Shown one piece after another: positions 28,391 through 32,000 of a stretch of 32,000 nucleotides of DNA. The position numbers were made by a program, and so were the translations under genes. A model generated the notes under the pieces. It saw only the letters and a list, made by a program, of their open reading frames with translations. It ran no database searches and had not been told where the DNA came from. Origin of the DNA: Alkalilimnicola ehrlichii MLHE-1 (GTDB lineage Bacteria; Pseudomonadota; Gammaproteobacteria; Nitrococcales; Halorhodospiraceae); NCBI RefSeq assembly GCF_000014785.1, contig NC_008340.1:390001-422000 (forward strand), read 5' to 3'. The first letter of the stretch is position 1. Each line of letters opens with the position of its first letter.

Positions 28391-29650
28391 ATGTTCTCCC
28401 GTGATATGACCATCGCCAGCTTTGACCCGGAACTCTCCGAGGCCATGGAGGCCGAGCGCCGTCGGCAGGAGGATCACATCGAGCTGATCGCCTCCGAGAA
28501 CTACGCCAGCCCCCGGGTGCTCGAGGCCCAGGGCAGCGTACTCACCAACAAGTATGCCGAGGGCTACCCGGGCAAGCGCTATTACGGGGGCTGCGAGCAT
28601 GTGGACGAGGCCGAGCGCCTGGCCATCGAGCGGGCCAAGCAGCTCTTTGGCGCCGACTACGCCAATGTGCAGCCGCACTCCGGCTCCCAGGCCAACGCGG
28701 CCGTCTATCTGGCGCTGCTCCAGCCCGGCGACACCATCCTGGGCATGAGCCTGGACCACGGCGGGCACCTGACCCACGGCGCCAAGGTGAACTTCTCCGG
28801 GCGGCTGTTCAACGCCGTGCAGTACGGCGTCTGCCCCGACACCGGCGAGCTGGACTACGCCCAGCTCGAGCGCCTGGCCAAGGAGCACCAGCCGAAGATG
28901 ATTATCGGCGGCTTCTCCGCCTACTCCCGGGTGGTGGACTGGCAGCGCCTGCGCGACATCGCCGATTCGGTGGGCGCCTACCTGCTGGTGGATATGGCCC
29001 ACGTGGCGGGCCTGGTCGCCGCCGGTGTCTACCCGAGCCCGGTGCAGATCGCCGATGTCACCACCACCACCACCCACAAGACCCTGCGCGGCCCGCGCGG
29101 TGGCCTGATCCTGGCCCGGGCCAACGCCGAGGTGGAGAAAAAGCTCAACTCGCTGGTCTTCCCCGGCACCCAGGGCGGGCCGCTGATGCACGCCATCGCC
29201 GGCAAGGCCGTGGCCTTCAAAGAGGCCCTGGAGCCGGAGTTCAAGGCCTATCAGCAGCAGGTGGTCGCAAACGCCCGGGCGATGGCCCAGGGGCTGATCG
29301 AGCGCGGCTACAAGGTGGTCTCGGGCGGCACCGACAATCACCTGTTCCTGATCGACCTGGTGGACAAGGGGCTGACCGGCAAGGCCGCCGACGCCGCCCT
29401 GGGCAAGGCGCACATCACGGTCAACAAGAACACCGTGCCCAACGATCCGCAGTCGCCCTTTGTCACCTCCGGCCTGCGCATTGGCACCCCGGCGATCACC
29501 ACCCGCGGCTTCAAGGAAGAGGAGTGCCGCGAGCTGGCTGGTTGGATGGCCGACGTGCTGGATGACATCGAGAACGAGGACGTGATTGCGCGGGTGCGCG
29601 AGCAGGTCACCCAGGTCTGCCGCCGCCTGCCGGTCTACCAACAGGGCTGA
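28391..29650 (+). CDS. glyA: Serine hydroxymethyltransferase
   Basis: [49 protein letters not shown]...[19 protein letters not shown]. Confidence 0.98.
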   Translation: MFSRDMTIASFDPELSEAMEAERRRQEDHIELIASENYASPRVLEAQGSVLTNKYAEGYPGKRYYGGCEHVDEAERLAIERAKQLFGADYANVQPHSGSQANAAVYLALLQPGDTILGMSLDHGGHLTHGAKVNFSGRLFNAVQYGVCPDTGELDYAQLERLAKEHQPKMIIGGFSAYSRVVDWQRLRDIADSVGAYLLVDMAHVAGLVAAGVYPSPVQIADVTTTTTHKTLRGPRGGLILARANAEVEKKLNSLVFPGTQGGPLMHAIAGKAVAFKEALEPEFKAYQQQVVANARAMAQGLIERGYKVVSGGTDNHLFLIDLVDKGLTGKAADAALGKAHITVNKNTVPNDPQSPFVTSGLRIGTPAITTRGFKEEECRELAGWMADVLDDIENEDVIARVREQVTQVCRRLPVYQQG

Positions 29651-29662
29651 GGCCTTTACGTG

Positions 29663-30115
29663 ATGCGTTGCCCTTACTGCCAGTTCGAGGACACCCGGGT
29701 GATCGACTCCCGCCTGGCCAGTGAGGGCGAGCAGGTGCGCCGCCGCCGCGAGTGCAACCGCTGCGGCGAGCGCTTCACCACCTACGAGACCGCCGAGCTG
29801 GCGCTGCCGCGCATCGTCAAGCGGGATGGCACCCGCGAGCCCTGGGACGAGGGCAAGCTGCGCCAGGGCATGCTGCGGGCGCTGGAAAAGCGGCCGGTGG
29901 CCACCGAGGCGGTGGAGGCGGCGCTGTTCCGCATCCGTCAGCGCCTGCGCGCCACCGGCGAGCGCGAGGTGTCGGCCTCGCAGCTCGGCGAGTGGGTCAT
30001 GGAGGAGCTGCGCGAGCTCGACCAGGTGGCCTACGTGCGTTTCGCCTCCGTCTACCGCAGCTTCGAGGACGTGTCCGCCTTCCGGGAGGTCATCGAAGGG
30101 CTGGAGAAGCGGTAG
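29663..30115 (+). CDS. nrdR: Transcriptional repressor NrdR
   Basis: [42 protein letters not shown] zinc ribbon plus ATP-cone; the ORF track begins at the GTG three bases upstream. Confidence 0.97.
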   Translation: MRCPYCQFEDTRVIDSRLASEGEQVRRRRECNRCGERFTTYETAELALPRIVKRDGTREPWDEGKLRQGMLRALEKRPVATEAVEAALFRIRQRLRATGEREVSASQLGEWVMEELRELDQVAYVRFASVYRSFEDVSAFREVIEGLEKR

Positions 30116-30125
30116 CGCGCCCGCC

Positions 30126-31235
30126 ATGTCCGGTTTCTCCCCCGCCGACAACCTCTTCATGGGCCGGGCCCTGCGCCTGGCCCGCCGCCCGCAGCAGCCG
30201 CCCCATCCCAACCCCGCCGTCGGCTGCGTGCTGGTGCGCGACGGGCTTATCGTCGGCGAGGGCTGGCATGAGCGGGCGGGCGAGCCCCACGCGGAGGCCA
30301 TGGCCCTGCACCGGGCCGGCGAGCAGGCCAGCGGCGCCACCGCCTACGTCACCCTGGAGCCGTGCAGCCACCACGGCCGCACCCCGCCCTGCAGCGAGGC
30401 CCTGCTGGCGGCCGGCGTGGTCCGGGTGGTGGCGGCCATGACCGACCCCAACCCGCAGGTGGCCGGCCGCGGGCTGCGCCGCTTGCGCGCCGCCGGGCTG
30501 GAGGTGGCCACCGGCTTGATGGCCGAGCAGGCGGCGGCGCTGAACCCCGGCTTCACCCAGCGGATGCGCACCGGGCGGCCCTGGCTGCGGCTGAAATCGG
30601 CGGCCAGTCTCGACGGGCGGACCGCCATGGCCTCCGGCGAGAGCCGCTGGATCACCTCGCCCCAGGCCCGGGCCGACGTCCACCGCTGGCGGGCGCGCAG
30701 CGACGCCATGCTCACCGGCATCGGCACCGTGCTGGCGGACGACCCGCGCCTGGATGTCCGCGATGCCGGCATCGAGGCGCCGCGCCAGCCGCGCCGCTGC
30801 GTGCTCGACCGCGACCTGCGGACCCCCGCGGACGCGGTCCTGCTCCGCGGCGAGGGCGCGACCCTGTTCCACGGCCCGGACGTGGCCGCCGGACAGATCC
30901 GGCGGCTGACCGACGCCGGCGCCCACTGCGTGGCGCTGCCGCTGGCGGACGGGCGCCTGGACCTGGGCGCGGCCCTGGACTGGCTGGGCGGTCAGGGGTG
31001 CAATGAGGTGCTGGTGGAGGCCGGGCCGACCCTGGGCGGGGCCTTGAGCCGCGCCGGTCTGGTGGATGAATGGCTGCTCTACCTGGCGCCCCACCTGATG
31101 GGCGACGCGGCGCGGCCGCTGCTGCACTGGCCGGGGCTGGAGACGATGAGCCAGCGCCAGCCCCTCCGGGTGCAGGACTGCCGCTTGGTGGGGCCGGATC
31201 TGCGGTTGACGCTGCGGCTGGGGAGCGGGACCTGA
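30126..31235 (+). CDS. ribD: Bifunctional diaminohydroxyphosphoribosylaminopyrimidine deaminase / 5-amino-6-(5-phosphoribosylamino)uracil reductase
   Basis: HPNPAVGCVLVRDGLIVGEGWHERAGEPHAEAMAL...TLEPCSHHGRTPPCSEAL; reductase domain LKSAASLDGRTAMASGESRWITS. Confidence 0.96.
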   Translation: MSGFSPADNLFMGRALRLARRPQQPPHPNPAVGCVLVRDGLIVGEGWHERAGEPHAEAMALHRAGEQASGATAYVTLEPCSHHGRTPPCSEALLAAGVVRVVAAMTDPNPQVAGRGLRRLRAAGLEVATGLMAEQAAALNPGFTQRMRTGRPWLRLKSAASLDGRTAMASGESRWITSPQARADVHRWRARSDAMLTGIGTVLADDPRLDVRDAGIEAPRQPRRCVLDRDLRTPADAVLLRGEGATLFHGPDVAAGQIRRLTDAGAHCVALPLADGRLDLGAALDWLGGQGCNEVLVEAGPTLGGALSRAGLVDEWLLYLAPHLMGDAARPLLHWPGLETMSQRQPLRVQDCRLVGPDLRLTLRLGSGT

Positions 31236-31266
31236 TAGACTCGCGGGTTGTTGTGGGAGGGGTGTC

Positions 31267-31932
31267 GTGTTCACCGGGATCGTACAAGCAGTGGGCCGTA
31301 TCCAGCGCCGGGACCCCCGGGGCGAGGACATGCGGTTGTGGATCGCCGCCGGCGATTTGGACCTGACCGGCGTGCGGCTGGGCGACAGCATCGCCGTCAA
31401 CGGCGTCTGTCTCACCGCCGTGGAGCTGACGGCCGATGCCTTCGCCGCCGATGTCTCGGTGGAGACCCTGCGGCTCACCAGCCTGGGTGACCTGGGCGAG
31501 GGCGATGCGCTCAACCTGGAGCTGGCCCTCACCCTGCAGACCCCGCTGGGCGGCCATCTGGTCAGCGGCCACGTGGACGGCCTGGGCGAGGTGGTCTCGC
31601 GCCGCCCCGCCGGGCGCAGCGAGGTCTGGCGCTTCCGCGCCCCCGAGGGGCTGGCCCGCTACATCGCCGCCAAGGGCTCGATCACCGTGGACGGTGTAAG
31701 CCTCACGGTGAACGGGGTGGACGGCGCCGAGTTTGAGGTCAACCTGGTGCCCCACACCCTGGAGGTCACCCGTCTGGGGCAATTGCGCCCGGGCAGCCGG
31801 GTGAACCTCGAGGTGGATATCATCGCCCGCTACCTGGAGCGCCTGCTGACGGCCGGCGGCACGGGTGGTCAGGGCGTGACCCGAGAATTCCTGGAGGCGC
31901 ACGGCTTTGGCCGGGTGCCGGGGAGCAAGTGA
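31267..31932 (+). CDS. ribE: Riboflavin synthase alpha subunit
   Basis: GTG start; MFTGIVQAVGRIQRRD...GDSIAVNGVCLTAVEL...GGHLVSGHVDGLGEV; duplicated lumazine-binding domains. Confidence 0.96.
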   Translation: MFTGIVQAVGRIQRRDPRGEDMRLWIAAGDLDLTGVRLGDSIAVNGVCLTAVELTADAFAADVSVETLRLTSLGDLGEGDALNLELALTLQTPLGGHLVSGHVDGLGEVVSRRPAGRSEVWRFRAPEGLARYIAAKGSITVDGVSLTVNGVDGAEFEVNLVPHTLEVTRLGQLRPGSRVNLEVDIIARYLERLLTAGGTGGQGVTREFLEAHGFGRVPGSK

Positions 31933-32000
31933 ATGGCGTTCAACAGCATCGACGAGATCATCGAGGACCTGCGCGAAGGGCGCATGGCGGTCATCCTGGA
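31933..32000 (+). CDS. 3,4-dihydroxy-2-butanone-4-phosphate synthase (RibB/RibBA), truncated by window end
   Basis: MAFNSIDEIIEDLREGRMAVILD, the characteristic RibB N-terminus, directly after ribE. Confidence 0.85.
   Translation, partial: MAFNSIDEIIEDLREGRMAVIL

Noticed and set aside
28388-30340. 650-aa minus-strand ORF opposite glyA/nrdR
   Set aside because: Shadow ORF of strong glyA and nrdR coding; no family similarity.

Overview
GC-rich gammaproteobacterial chromosomal window; gene order resembles Pseudomonas and other gammaproteobacteria, and the taxon was not determined. Nearly all of it is ordinary housekeeping content. Minus strand: pyrB (cut by the window edge), pyrR, ruvX, yqgE, a TonB-like gene, a Gx/EetB-like membrane protein, a NusG-domain-II/EetA-like protein, apbE and gshB. 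Plus strand: a Pil-Chp chemosensory cluster (pilG, pilH, pilI, pilJ, a giant chpA/pilL, chpC-like). Then rsmE, bioA, argA, argE and an SH3-domain protein (minus), rlmI (plus), rho, trxA and a YrfG-like HAD hydrolase (minus), nudE (plus), thyA and an orphan coiled-coil protein (minus), and glyA, nrdR, ribD, ribE and ribB/ribBA, the last cut by the edge (plus). The least explained signal is a family of three ~105-119 bp intergenic nested-palindrome elements (17710-17814 +, 17988-18106 -, 22919-23024 +). They share a conserved ~51 nt core. Their outer arms differ in sequence between copies but stay perfectly self-complementary within each copy, with compensatory changes in the inner hairpin as well. 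No phage, CRISPR, transposase, tRNA or rRNA was recognised.
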